Positions 43,743 to 51,576 of a stretch of DNA of 64,000 nucleotides are shown here, in pieces. Positions within the stretch are counted from its first letter, which is position 1; the number at the start of each line of letters is the position of its first letter. The position numbers were made by a program, and so were the translations under genes. The stretch covers positions 62,001 to 126,000 of the IMG/VR virus record IMGVR_UViG_3300017971_000213. One strand, 5' to 3'. The notes beneath the pieces were generated by a model. It made no database searches. It was not told the DNA's origin and worked only from the letters and a program-made list of their open reading frames with translations. Source of the stretch: an uncultured virus (IMG/VR IMGVR_UViG_3300017971_000213). Its lineage: Duplodnaviria > Heunggongvirae > Uroviricota > Caudoviricetes.

Positions 43743-44158
43743 AGCTCCCCATCTCCTCCCTCAGGTGTTGTCGAGTCTACCCACCTGTCTTGCATGTTGA
43801 ATCGCTCTTCGTATCTCGGACCCATCTGTTTGAGCAGGGACTTCTCGTCCTCCAGCTCTTCGGATGTCGGAACGTGGCCGACCACTCGATAAGTGTTCAA
43901 GCTCGCACAGCAGCCTTCACCCACACCCAGCACGTTCACGACGTGAGTGAGTTCCTTACCCTTGGTGTGGAGTACAAAACCACAGCGCCAGCGTTCTCCG
44001 TCCCACTCCAGAGACGGACAGCCACCTTGCTCCTGCCAGATGATCTCTGCGTTGAAACCACTGAGTTCGATCTTGGCCACTTCCCAGTACGTGTCCATGA
44101 TCAAATTGCAGGGAGCTTTCCTGCAACAGTAGCCGCACCCTATACAGTCCCTGGGCAT
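43739..44158 (-). CDS. Cys-cluster (YkgJ-like Fe-S/Zn) protein
   Basis: CIGCGYCC...PC...CPSL...C. Confidence 0.6.
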   Translation of the reverse strand: MPRDCIGCGYCCRKAPCNLIMDTYWEVAKIELSGFNAEIIWQEQGGCPSLEWDGERWRCGFVLHTKGKELTHVVNVLGVGEGCCASLNTYRVVGHVPTSEELEDEKSLLKQMGPRYEERFNMQDRWVDSTTPEGGDGEL

Positions 44159-44202
44159 CTACGCCACCTTGCGGCTGCTCCGCTTTTTCTTGTCGCGGGA
44201 TT

Positions 44203-44472
44203 TCACGTAGAAGTCCTCGTAGCAGGTGTTGAAGACGTCCATGATGAACTCCCCAACCGAACCGAACCGAACCCCCACCTCTCAGACTCTTCTTCTACCC
44301 ACAACAGCTCTTCCGAGCTGAGGCAGACCTTGACGAACCTCGTGAGATAACTCACGTGCCACGGCAGAAGTCCTAGACGAAATGCCGTCTCGTCGATGGT
44401 ACGTCCTTGAGAGCGTAGGTGAATCATGTCTGCGATACGCTCCAAACCTCGTGCGGTCTTCATCACTAGCAC
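44203..44472 (-). CDS. Small HTH-like protein
   Basis: LRSQGRTIDETAFRLG; follows a sigma70-like promoter. Confidence 0.45.
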   Translation of the reverse strand: MLVMKTARGLERIADMIHLRSQGRTIDETAFRLGLLPWHVSYLTRFVKVCLSSEELLWVEEESERWGFGSVRLGSSSWTSSTPATRTST

Positions 44473-44503
44473 CTCCCGTACAGAAACCCGTACAACTCTA
44501 ACA

Positions 44504-44533
44504 CCTATAGCATAGGTGCAGAGGGGGTGTCAA
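44504..44533 (-). promoter_or_regulatory. Sigma70-like promoter (early class)
   Basis: TTGACA-N18-TATAGG. Confidence 0.6.
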
Positions 44534-44607
44534 GTTTTTCCCCATGACGTTCGTCTTTGTACATTTACGTAGTCTTGTCAATAGAGCGCAGATTCACCAC
44601 TTTTTTC

Positions 44608-44636
44608 TTGACAGCAGCTCCGGGAAGCCCCATATT
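44608..44636 (+). promoter_or_regulatory. Sigma70-like promoter of the tRNA operon
   Basis: TTGACA-N17-CATATT with an upstream T tract. Confidence 0.6.
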
Positions 44637-44726
44637 GGCACACTGCGACGGTGAGAACGATGAAGAGAAACTACCAGATGCGACCTTGCCCATCCCCTAC
44701 GGCGCCCCGAGAGGGGCGATCCGTAT

Positions 44727-44800
44727 CCGGGTGTGGCGCAGTCTGGCAGCGCACTTGATTCGGGATCAAGGGGTCGGGAGTTCGAATCTCCCCGCCCGGA
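44727..44800 (+). tRNA. tRNA-Pro(CGG)
   Basis: Cloverleaf, anticodon loop TTCGGGA. Confidence 0.9.
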
Positions 44801-44967
44801 CAGATGGAGAGAGAACGATGAAACGCAAGAGACGAGAAACAGTCATGCCAACCATCACTCCCGCCGCCACGGCTCCCCGCCGGTGGTGCCTCTCCTCGTT
44901 TACCCAGCTATCCCAACATCTCTATTTGAATTCGAGTCTGTAGGCCTAGTTTAGGCCCGCAGAGCTT

Positions 44968-45054
44968 GGAGTCGTAGCCTCAACGGTAAGGCCCCGCCCC
45001 GGAACGGCGTGTGCACGGTCTCCCGTGGTCCAGGTTCGAATCCTGGCGGCTCCG
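44968..45054 (+). tRNA. tRNA-Ser(GGA), long variable arm, C33
   Basis: GGAGTCG/CGGCTCC acceptor stem, loop CCGGAAC. Confidence 0.75.
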
Positions 45055-45128
45055 CTCGAATTGTTGTGAAGGAATAAGCAGCAACGCTGTTTGCTGCTCG
45101 TAGATCTTTGAAAATTGAGCAGCAAACA

Positions 45129-45220
45129 GGAGGGATGGCTGAAATGGCAATAGCGGCGGTCTCGAAAATCGCAGCCCACGGCGTCGTACCGTGGTGGGGG
45201 TTCGAATCCCTCTCCCTCCT
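45129..45220 (+). tRNA. tRNA-Ser(CGA)
   Basis: Loop CTCGAAA, long variable arm. Confidence 0.88.
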
Positions 45221-45222
45221 CT

Positions 45223-45302
45223 GTGGCCGTAGCTCAAAGTTTGGATAGAGCCCCGGATTGTGGCTCCGGGGGTTGCGGGTTCGAGTCCCGTCGGTCACTC
45301 CA
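45223..45302 (+). tRNA. tRNA-His(GTG)
   Basis: Loop TTGTGGC; CCA encoded. Confidence 0.88.
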
Positions 45303-45303
45303 G

Positions 45304-45375
45304 AGGGCTGTAGTTCAGTTGGAAGAACATCGGGATTTGACCCCGACGACCACGGTTCAAGTCCGTGCAGCCCTT
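45304..45375 (+). tRNA. tRNA-Gln(TTG)
   Basis: Loop ATTTGAC. Confidence 0.8.
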
Positions 45376-45378
45376 CAG

Positions 45379-45454
45379 GTCTCGGTAGCTGAGTTGGTTC
45401 AAGCGCTGGGCTGCAACCCCGGAGACACCCGTTCAAGTCGGGTCCGAGACTCCA
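45379..45454 (+). tRNA. tRNA-Cys(GCA)
   Basis: Loop CTGCAAC, U73, CCA encoded. Confidence 0.9.
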
Positions 45455-45455
45455 C

Positions 45456-45540
45456 GGAAGGATGGCTGAGAGGTAAAGCAGCGGGTTGCTAACCCGTGGT
45501 CGTCCGCCAGGACGCGGAGGTTCGATCCCTCCTCCTTCCG
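45456..45540 (+). tRNA. tRNA-Ser(GCT)
   Basis: Loop TTGCTAA, long variable arm, G73. Confidence 0.9.
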
Positions 45541-45545
45541 CAAAC

Positions 45546-45619
45546 GGGTGGGTAGCTTGAACTGGTAGAGCACCGGACTCCAAATCCGGAAGGTCCAGGT
45601 TCGAATCCTGGCTCACCTG
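45546..45619 (+). tRNA. tRNA-Trp(CCA)
   Basis: Loop CTCCAAA. Confidence 0.9.
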
Positions 45620-45624
45620 CTGAT

Positions 45625-45700
45625 GCGTCCGTAGGCTAATTGGCAAAGTCGCCTCGCTCAAAATGAGGGTCAACTCTCGGTTCGAGTCCGAGCGGACGCA
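45625..45700 (+). tRNA. tRNA-Leu(CAA), short variable region
   Basis: Loop CTCAAAA, A73. Confidence 0.85.
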
Positions 45701-45704
45701 CAAA

Positions 45705-45777
45705 GGACGGATAGCTCAGTTGGTAGAGCGGTGGCTTGTTAAGCCAAGGCGCGGGGGTTCGAGTCCCTCTCCGTCCG
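45705..45777 (+). tRNA. tRNA-Asn(GTT)
   Basis: Loop TTGTTAA. Confidence 0.85.
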
Positions 45778-45782
45778 CAGTT

Positions 45783-45855
45783 GCGCGTGTAGGCCAACGG
45801 AAGAGTCGCCAGGTTCAGAACCTGGATGTTGGAGGTTCGAATCCTCTCACGCGCA
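45783..45855 (+). tRNA. tRNA-Leu(CAG), short variable region
   Basis: Loop TTCAGAA, A73. Confidence 0.85.
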
Positions 45856-45860
45856 CCGTT

Positions 45861-45932
45861 GGGTAGGTAACTCAGTAGGTAGAGTGCCGGCCTGAAAAGC
45901 CGGATGCGGCGGTTCGATTCCGCCCCTGCTCA
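45861..45932 (+). tRNA. tRNA-Phe(GAA)
   Basis: Loop CTGAAAA. Confidence 0.9.
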
Positions 45933-45936
45933 CTAT

Positions 45937-46009
45937 GCCCGTGTAGGCCAACGGCAGAGTCGCTGGATCGAGGGTCCAGAGGTTGGTGGTTCGAATCCAC
46001 TCACGGGCA
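45937..46009 (+). tRNA. tRNA-Leu(GAG), short variable region, C33
   Basis: Loop TCGAGGG, A73. Confidence 0.8.
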
Positions 46010-46013
46010 TTCT

Positions 46014-46100
46014 GGGAGCCGTCATAAGGCAGGCTGGGCCTACGGAGCGCTGTAAACGCTCTCCTCCACGAGGCACGTGGTTCGATTCCACCGGCTCCCA
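46014..46100 (+). tRNA. tRNA with Tyr anticodon (GTA) and atypical 8/4 fold
   Basis: Loop CTGTAAA; GGGAGCCG/CGGCTCCC acceptor stem; GTGG/CCAC T-stem. Confidence 0.75.
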
Positions 46101-46107
46101 CCGCACG

Positions 46108-46627
46108 TCAAACCTCTACAACTACTTCGGGGTTCATCACTAGGATGCATTCGACGTCCCATCCGTACAAGTCTGGAGGTACGTCGTCACCTTCGCTGCC
46201 GTGCTGACGAGCATTACCGAATCGCGTGAGCCATTGACCTTCTTCGGTGAGGTAGATAACGTCCCAGAACTCTCGCATCCGCTCGAAGTCTATGAAAACG
46301 TGACGAGGGAGAACCCTGTCACTCCTGGAGGGGGTAAGCTCGGATCAGCGCCAAGAGATCTGTGTACCTGTGAACGGTCTTGACCCTACAGTGCGGGCAG
46401 AGCAGAAAGTCAAAATACTCCTCTAGGTCCTCTATGTGGAATTCTTCCTCTTCGCACCACTCCCTCCAAGGGTCCCTTTTCCTACCACGATCATCCTGAT
46501 AGATCGGACCAGCCCAGAGACCACCAGAAGGCTTGCAGAACCTACGATTGGCTACCTCGTTGTACTTCTGCATATCGAAACACGGAGAACCGTAGTGGCG
46601 GTATATGGTGCTCGGAGGGAGACGCAT
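46108..46627 (-). pseudogene. Phage protein gene split by a 1-nt frameshift
   Basis: KPSGGLW...WREWC half stops at 46319; the IDFE...LYGWDVECILV half continues in another frame. Confidence 0.6.
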
Positions 46628-46861
46628 TCAAGGGGTCTCCGCCGAATGGACTATGAGCAACTGTAGACGGTGCGCCCCGTCCACGTAGGCCTTCCCGCTC
46701 GCATTCGCTTCCTCCGGGTAATGGATCTCGTGCCGAATTCCAGTAACACAGTCCCTGAAGTGCTCCTCTCCGTCGTGATACCCAACGACTTCGATCTTGA
46801 GATCGGGCGGCAGAACCTTGAGCACCTTCAACAGTTCATCAACCCTCAACGCCATCTCCAC
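46628..46861 (-). CDS. Hypothetical protein
   Basis: LRVDELLKVLKVLPPD small phage-protein motif. Confidence 0.6.
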   Translation of the reverse strand: MEMALRVDELLKVLKVLPPDLKIEVVGYHDGEEHFRDCVTGIRHEIHYPEEANASGKAYVDGAHRLQLLIVHSAETP

Positions 46862-47342
46862 CCTCCTTTGCGTCTTCTATCTTTTCCTGAAGAGTACGTG
46901 TGTCGTGCTTTCCCTCGTTGAACTCTTCATGGAGACGCTGCTTCAACTCGGGGTCCTCGCTGCCGACGAGGAAGGGGTCGCCGTCCATGATTCCCGCAGC
47001 ACGCTTGTTGACGACATACCCTCCAGGACCCTCCTGGAACATGTACTTCGACTCCACCTTGGCCTTGACCTGAACGAACTCCAGCTTCGACATCGAACTC
47101 CGTAGCTTGTTGTAGGACTTCCCCAGAGCGCCTATCGCCTTGTGCTGCCGCTCGATGGTCTGCCGTTGGCCGGAGAGCTGCTCCTCGAAGAATTCGCACG
47201 CTCGCTGGAGACGATCAACCCGGCGACGAAGAGCGCAGTTCTCGTTTCGCAGCTCTTCTTCCCTACGGCGTTGATGCTCGCATGCGCAAGGATCGTCTGG
47301 GTAGCTCGTGCTGCTGCACTTTGAACACTCGTGATCACTCAC
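46839..47342 (-). CDS. Coiled-coil hypothetical protein
   Basis: GTG start MSDHEC coupled to upstream stop. Confidence 0.55.
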   Translation of the reverse strand: MSDHECSKCSSTSYPDDPCACEHQRRREEELRNENCALRRRVDRLQRACEFFEEQLSGQRQTIERQHKAIGALGKSYNKLRSSMSKLEFVQVKAKVESKYMFQEGPGGYVVNKRAAGIMDGDPFLVGSEDPELKQRLHEEFNEGKHDTRTLQEKIEDAKEGGDGVEG

Positions 47343-47638
47343 CGTCCACCCCCCTCCATCGCGAATACGTGCCAGACAAGACGACCCTTGGCCATCTGGA
47401 AAGAGCCGTAGTGGCCCCCCACGTTTTCCTTCAGAGGGTGTCCGGTTCCGCACAAGCGAAATCGTCGACGCTCCATCGGGGCCTCAGTGTCGACACGCGC
47501 CCACATGCAAGCCTGCTCGGCAGACGCTAGCGAATACACCGGCTGGGACTCGACGACGAGGATTTCGGCACCCTCGGGCATCTCCAGCTCAACGATGTCG
47601 GAGATCTGGAACGGGAACTTCCCCACAGTCTGCATCAC
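47339..47638 (-). CDS. Conserved phage hypothetical protein
   Basis: MPEGAEIL..Q...WARVD...GTGH...LVWHVF. Confidence 0.65.
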   Translation of the reverse strand: MMQTVGKFPFQISDIVELEMPEGAEILVVESQPVYSLASAEQACMWARVDTEAPMERRRFRLCGTGHPLKENVGGHYGSFQMAKGRLVWHVFAMEGGGR

Positions 47639-47952
47639 TGGCCCTCCTTTTCCTCTTCCGAGCGCTCCTCCAGGAGCTGATTGAGACGCTTCGTGTAGCG
47701 CAGAGCCTCGTCTGTATCGAACGCCTCAATCACACTCAGCAGTTCTGACTCCCTCCACAGATCCTTCACCCACTGCATCATGAAATTTCGCCCTTCGGGG
47801 CGCATCATCATCGCATCGAAGCTCTTTGTAGGCGTAGGAGGATGATGTTGGAGCCAGCAGAGCTGACACGCAATGAGCCCCTCTCTGGCCGTTACACCAC
47901 TCCCCTTCGTGTCGCGCCCACAGTACGGGCAAGGTTGTTTCTTTTTCGTCAT
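47635..47952 (-). CDS. Zn-ribbon hypothetical protein
   Basis: CPYC...CQLC; start MTKKK. Confidence 0.55.
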   Translation of the reverse strand: MTKKKQPCPYCGRDTKGSGVTAREGLIACQLCWLQHHPPTPTKSFDAMMMRPEGRNFMMQWVKDLWRESELLSVIEAFDTDEALRYTKRLNQLLEERSEEEKEGQ

Positions 47953-47953
47953 C

Positions 47954-48352
47954 TCAAGCCTCCTCCCCGTACTGCCCTTCTTGATCTGGAGCATCGACAC
48001 CCTCTCCCAAGTTCAGCCGGGCCAACTCTTTCCCCGTCTCGCAAATGAATTTCTTCATCCTTTTCTGAATGGTCTCGGCGGCTTCAATCGATTTTTCAAG
48101 AAGTTCTTTTCTAGTGCGGAACCAGGGGCCGATGTCATCACCGGTCTCTTCGACCAAAACGTGCGCCTCCAGCTTTTCTCGACACTTCCATAGTACTAGC
48201 CAAGGATGGCCTGGCATCGTTGAATACATAGCGCCCTGGTTGTCGTGCCTCAGGTACTCGAACTGTGCATCCATAAGATCGAGACTCTGAGTGTCCAAGA
48301 CAAAAATCTTTTCCGGAGCCCATTCTGGTCTTTCACCCACGGCGCTACACCC
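47954..48352 (-). CDS. Hypothetical protein
   Basis: ORF in coupled string; start uncertain. Confidence 0.5.
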   Translation of the reverse strand, partial: GCSAVGERPEWAPEKIFVLDTQSLDLMDAQFEYLRHDNQGAMYSTMPGHPWLVLWKCREKLEAHVLVEETGDDIGPWFRTRKELLEKSIEAAETIQKRMKKFICETGKELARLNLGEGVDAPDQEGQYGEEA

Positions 48353-48542
48353 AACCCTTCTTCTCGGCCCACCATTCAGTAACCATGAGAACCCCATCGT
48401 CTCCCTTCCGCCACACGTCGCTGTCTTCGGTTATCTGGCTCTGTGGTATCCATTCAGGCTCGTCGAAGTCTGGAGCCTCCACCAAAATGGCCGTCTCCGT
48501 CTCCGCCGTACACTCTGCGTCTTCTATCCTGAAATCAGTCAT
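48345..48542 (-). CDS. Small conserved phage protein
   Basis: ETETAILV...WIPQSQI...VTEWWA. Confidence 0.65.
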   Translation of the reverse strand: MTDFRIEDAECTAETETAILVEAPDFDEPEWIPQSQITEDSDVWRKGDDGVLMVTEWWAEKKGWV

Positions 48543-49317
48543 CGTACTCTTCCTCAAGCGCCATTATCAAGCGCTGCATGTCGGCCTTGTAGAAGCCCGC
48601 ACAGTTGATACATCCGCACTCAACGATCTTCCAGCCGGTCTCGGTGAGTGCAACATCCATCACGAACGACCGGGCTAGGCAGAACCGGTTGATCATCTTC
48701 TCGCAGAACCACGACGCCTCAGGAGGAACATCGATACTGAAGAACGGGCGGCCCCCGAGCTTGTAGCAGCTCTGCGCGGCGATTTTGGCCCCTACGACCC
48801 AGAAACGGTACTCCTGCCGTACCCGCTTCACCGGGGCCACCTGGATAGGCGTCTCGTCCCTCAAGGACGTAACCAGCCCTCCGCCCTTAACACCCTGCTG
48901 GTGATCGTAGCGGAACTTCATCCAGGAGGTCATATTGAAGACCCCTCCGTTGAACTCCTTGCCGTCACCACACGGACGAATGAAGTAGTTACCTATCGGC
49001 CAGGGAAAGTCCTCACCGAACAGGTAGACGTTGGAATCGAAATTGAGGAGGTAGTGTTGGTAATGGTTCCGGTACACTAGAAAGTTGTGGTTCGGGGACA
49101 GCACCACCCCCGGCACCCAACCAAGTTTCGACGCCAGCCGGGCCAGCTTCAACGACCCGAACACGAAAACGTCCTTACGGTCGGTCTGGAACTCGAACTC
49201 CTCGACGAACGGCAAGACCCTTACAACCTCCCAATCGAGTCCGAGCCTCTCTAAGGTATCGGTGAGAGAGTCATAGCCTTCCTCGCGAAAGACGTTTTCT
49301 TGGATGACGTAGTACAT
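48535..49317 (-). CDS. ATP-grasp domain protein (R2K-like)
   Basis: FIRP...KEFNG, EYRFWVV, FVMDVA...WKIVE.GCIN.AGFY. Confidence 0.75.
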   Translation of the reverse strand: MYYVIQENVFREEGYDSLTDTLERLGLDWEVVRVLPFVEEFEFQTDRKDVFVFGSLKLARLASKLGWVPGVVLSPNHNFLVYRNHYQHYLLNFDSNVYLFGEDFPWPIGNYFIRPCGDGKEFNGGVFNMTSWMKFRYDHQQGVKGGGLVTSLRDETPIQVAPVKRVRQEYRFWVVGAKIAAQSCYKLGGRPFFSIDVPPEASWFCEKMINRFCLARSFVMDVALTETGWKIVECGCINCAGFYKADMQRLIMALEEEYDD

Positions 49318-49339
49318 CAGTTCACGGTCCAGTCACCAT

Positions 49340-49519
49340 TCACCCCTTCGTGTTGCTTGTGAAACTCCAGATCAGAGCAACCAACCAACCGATTACGCTC
49401 CACCCGAAGAAGAGGTTGACCAGCAGGATAGGGCCTCCGTTGTTGTGCTTGCGTGCCGCCGCCACAACCGTCGGGAGGAAGTAAAGAAAAACGAAAAGAA
49501 TGACCGTACCAGTACCCAT
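49340..49519 (-). CDS. Superinfection immunity protein (T4 Imm-like), 59 aa; not in ORF track
   Basis: MGTGTVILFVFLYFLPTVVAAARKHNNGGPILLVNLFFGWSVIGWLVALIWS; GGAGG RBS. Confidence 0.85.
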   Translation of the reverse strand: MGTGTVILFVFLYFLPTVVAAARKHNNGGPILLVNLFFGWSVIGWLVALIWSFTSNTKG

Positions 49520-49531
49520 ACCAAACCTCCC

Positions 49532-49726
49532 TTATCCAACCTTCACTGCCTGAATCTTCGCTACCGCCCACGGAGGGTGCTCCCGCGTCATCTCGTGGGT
49601 AACTCGGAAATAGACGTCCTTACGGTCGACCCCGAGCATCTCAGCCACTTCGCGCTCGGTGAGGACCAGCTCAGCCACGATCTGTTCTTTCTTGGGCTCT
49701 TTTGGGTAGTCGTACTTCGGCATCAA
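49532..49726 (-). CDS. Hypothetical protein
   Basis: 64-aa coupled ORF. Confidence 0.5.
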   Translation of the reverse strand: MMPKYDYPKEPKKEQIVAELVLTEREVAEMLGVDRKDVYFRVTHEMTREHPPWAVAKIQAVKVG

Positions 49727-49941
49727 AACACCTTGACCTCAGCGTAGCCCGTCCCGTTCTCGGACTTCACGTAGAGCTTCCCTTGCGTGCACAGCCACAT
49801 CAGGTTGATCGACCGACGGACCACCTCGGCGTTGGAAGACATGTCGAGACTTTCTCGAATCTCGCGAACTCTCTCCATCTGTAGAGCAGAGAAGTCGAAC
49901 TGCACCCGTGAGTAGCCTCCCTTTCGAGCCGGCTTAGGCAT
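49723..49941 (-). CDS. Ribbon-helix-helix (CopG-like) DNA-binding protein
   Basis: RVQFDF...SNAEVVRRSI. Confidence 0.65.
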   Translation of the reverse strand: MPKPARKGGYSRVQFDFSALQMERVREIRESLDMSSNAEVVRRSINLMWLCTQGKLYVKSENGTGYAEVKVF

Positions 49942-50335
49942 CCTCGTCCTCCGTGATCGTCCGGTCGACGTGAGCAAGGTCGTCGGCCACCCGCTCAACC
50001 AGCTCTCGCGTGATGTCATCGTTGGACAGCTTGGTGTTCCCGTAAGCAAAGCTCCTGCGCTGCGCCTCACGCTCTTCGTCAGAGATCGTGCGTTCGAAGG
50101 GCTCAACCGTGACGGGCACCTCCGTAGCAACGACATCTTCATCCGCCGAAGCAGGCATCGCGTGTTCACGGCCGATAGGGTAGATCTCGCCTGCGTCTAG
50201 ACGACGGTCTAGTTCATCGTCATCGATGCTCAAAGCGTCTTTGAGCGCCTCCCTGACGGCCATCGCCATCCCACAGATACACGACCCCTTGTCGATGAAA
50301 CCCCCGCATTCCGGACATCGCACGTACTCAGACAT
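49934..50335 (-). CDS. Hypothetical protein
   Basis: CPEC; AQRRSFAYGNTK motif. Confidence 0.55.
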   Translation of the reverse strand: MSEYVRCPECGGFIDKGSCICGMAMAVREALKDALSIDDDELDRRLDAGEIYPIGREHAMPASADEDVVATEVPVTVEPFERTISDEEREAQRRSFAYGNTKLSNDDITRELVERVADDLAHVDRTITEDEDA

Positions 50336-50342
50336 CTGCGCC

Positions 50343-50636
50343 TCAACCCCCCTTGTACGGCGGCATTCCGTCAATGACGTACTCGCCGTCCGGGTTGTCC
50401 ATCTCTTCGGAGCAGCAGTAACCGGGATCATCCGGGTCCCAGCCTTCTGCAAGCGTGGAGACGTCAATCGACGTATCCGGTGACTCTGAGGTCGTCTCGG
50501 GCTCCTCGATTTCGTCGAGAAGCTCGATCACACCAGCCGCCAGCAACATCGTACTCTCCAGGGGAACCGGCCCGTGGAGAGTCTCGCCCATGAGGCCCTC
50601 AGCCAGTTTCCTGAGATCCTTGCGGTTCGTCTTCAT
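50343..50636 (-). CDS. Hypothetical protein
   Basis: 97-aa ORF with RBS. Confidence 0.5.
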   Translation of the reverse strand: MKTNRKDLRKLAEGLMGETLHGPVPLESTMLLAAGVIELLDEIEEPETTSESPDTSIDVSTLAEGWDPDDPGYCCSEEMDNPDGEYVIDGMPPYKGG

Positions 50637-51003
50637 CGTCGTCCTCCCACCATTCCTCGATCATCCCACACACGCGCTCTCGGGCACGCGGAGTCAATTC
50701 CACCAGACAGTCGAAGTCCACATCCGGGGCAGCACAGAAGTGCTCCGTCAGAAGCTCCCAGAGACCTCCGTAGACGTACCCTTCGCAGAAAAACACGTCA
50801 CGGACACTCAGGCAGTCCTTGCAGGTCTTGAAGGTGTGCGTGGACCCGTCCCAGACCCCGAAGACGTGTTCGTAGTCTTCACCGGCTCCGATAGTCCGCG
50901 AGCAGTCCGTGCACTTGTGCTCCTTCCGAGCCTTGCGTACCTTCGAGTCTGTGAAATCCGCAGGGTCGTAGTCCCCGACATAGACACAGGAGCATGCATC
51001 CAT
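50599..51003 (-). CDS. Zn-binding phage protein
   Basis: RKARKEHKC..C...KTCKDC. Confidence 0.65.
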   Translation of the reverse strand: MDACSCVYVGDYDPADFTDSKVRKARKEHKCTDCSRTIGAGEDYEHVFGVWDGSTHTFKTCKDCLSVRDVFFCEGYVYGGLWELLTEHFCAAPDVDFDCLVELTPRARERVCGMIEEWWEDDDEDEPQGSQETG

Positions 51004-51207
51004 CTACTCACCTCCTAGCTGAGTCTTGGTGAACTTGCCCATCATCACAGGGACTACCGTAACGGTCTCTCCCATACTGCTGAGCTGGCGAGCCTGGTGC
51101 TCGGCTTCCTTCAGGGTGTGGAAGCCTCCGGGGCAGCAAGAATCGATCTTGATGGTCCCCTCCGTAGAGATGCTGACCACCAATACGATGTACACCATAC
51201 TGCTCAC
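51004..51207 (-). CDS. Small hypothetical protein
   Basis: Follows an early-type promoter and GGAGGAG RBS. Confidence 0.5.
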   Translation of the reverse strand: MSSMVYIVLVVSISTEGTIKIDSCCPGGFHTLKEAEHQARQLSSMGETVTVVPVMMGKFTKTQLGGE

Positions 51208-51243
51208 GCTCTCCTCCCGTACAACCCACTTACAAGCCTCGCC

Positions 51244-51272
51244 TATATAGCATAGGCGAGTGGACAAGTCAA
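51244..51272 (-). promoter_or_regulatory. Sigma70-like promoter (early class)
   Basis: TTGACT-N17-TATATA. Confidence 0.6.
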
Positions 51273-51282
51273 CTATAAAGAG

Positions 51283-51576
51283 CTAGTCGCGATCCAAGAT
51301 CTCGACGATGCGGTCCGCAGGGACCTCCAAATGGTCTTTCTGGTAGCCCTCACAGAGCTTTCGAATCTGGTCGAGCTTCACCCTGATCCGGAACAACTCA
51401 CCGGCCTGCACGCCATTGAACTGCTCGCGGGGGACGATGGCGTAACCGTCCAGGTGCGCCACCGCGACCTCGACCGGTTCCCGTGTCTCGGGATCGATCA
51501 TCATGCAGCCCGTAAACAAGATCTCATCAGGCCTTCTTGCCGCGATGTGGCAGTTCACCACTCTAGACTTCCTCAC
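51283..51576 (-). CDS. Hypothetical protein
   Basis: 97-aa coupled ORF. Confidence 0.55.
   Translation of the reverse strand: MRKSRVVNCHIAARRPDEILFTGCMMIDPETREPVEVAVAHLDGYAIVPREQFNGVQAGELFRIRVKLDQIRKLCEGYQKDHLEVPADRIVEILDRD

Noticed and set aside
44951..46143. ORFs overlapping the tRNA cluster
   Set aside because: They translate tRNA sequence (e.g. GIEP, DSN motifs) and are not protein genes.
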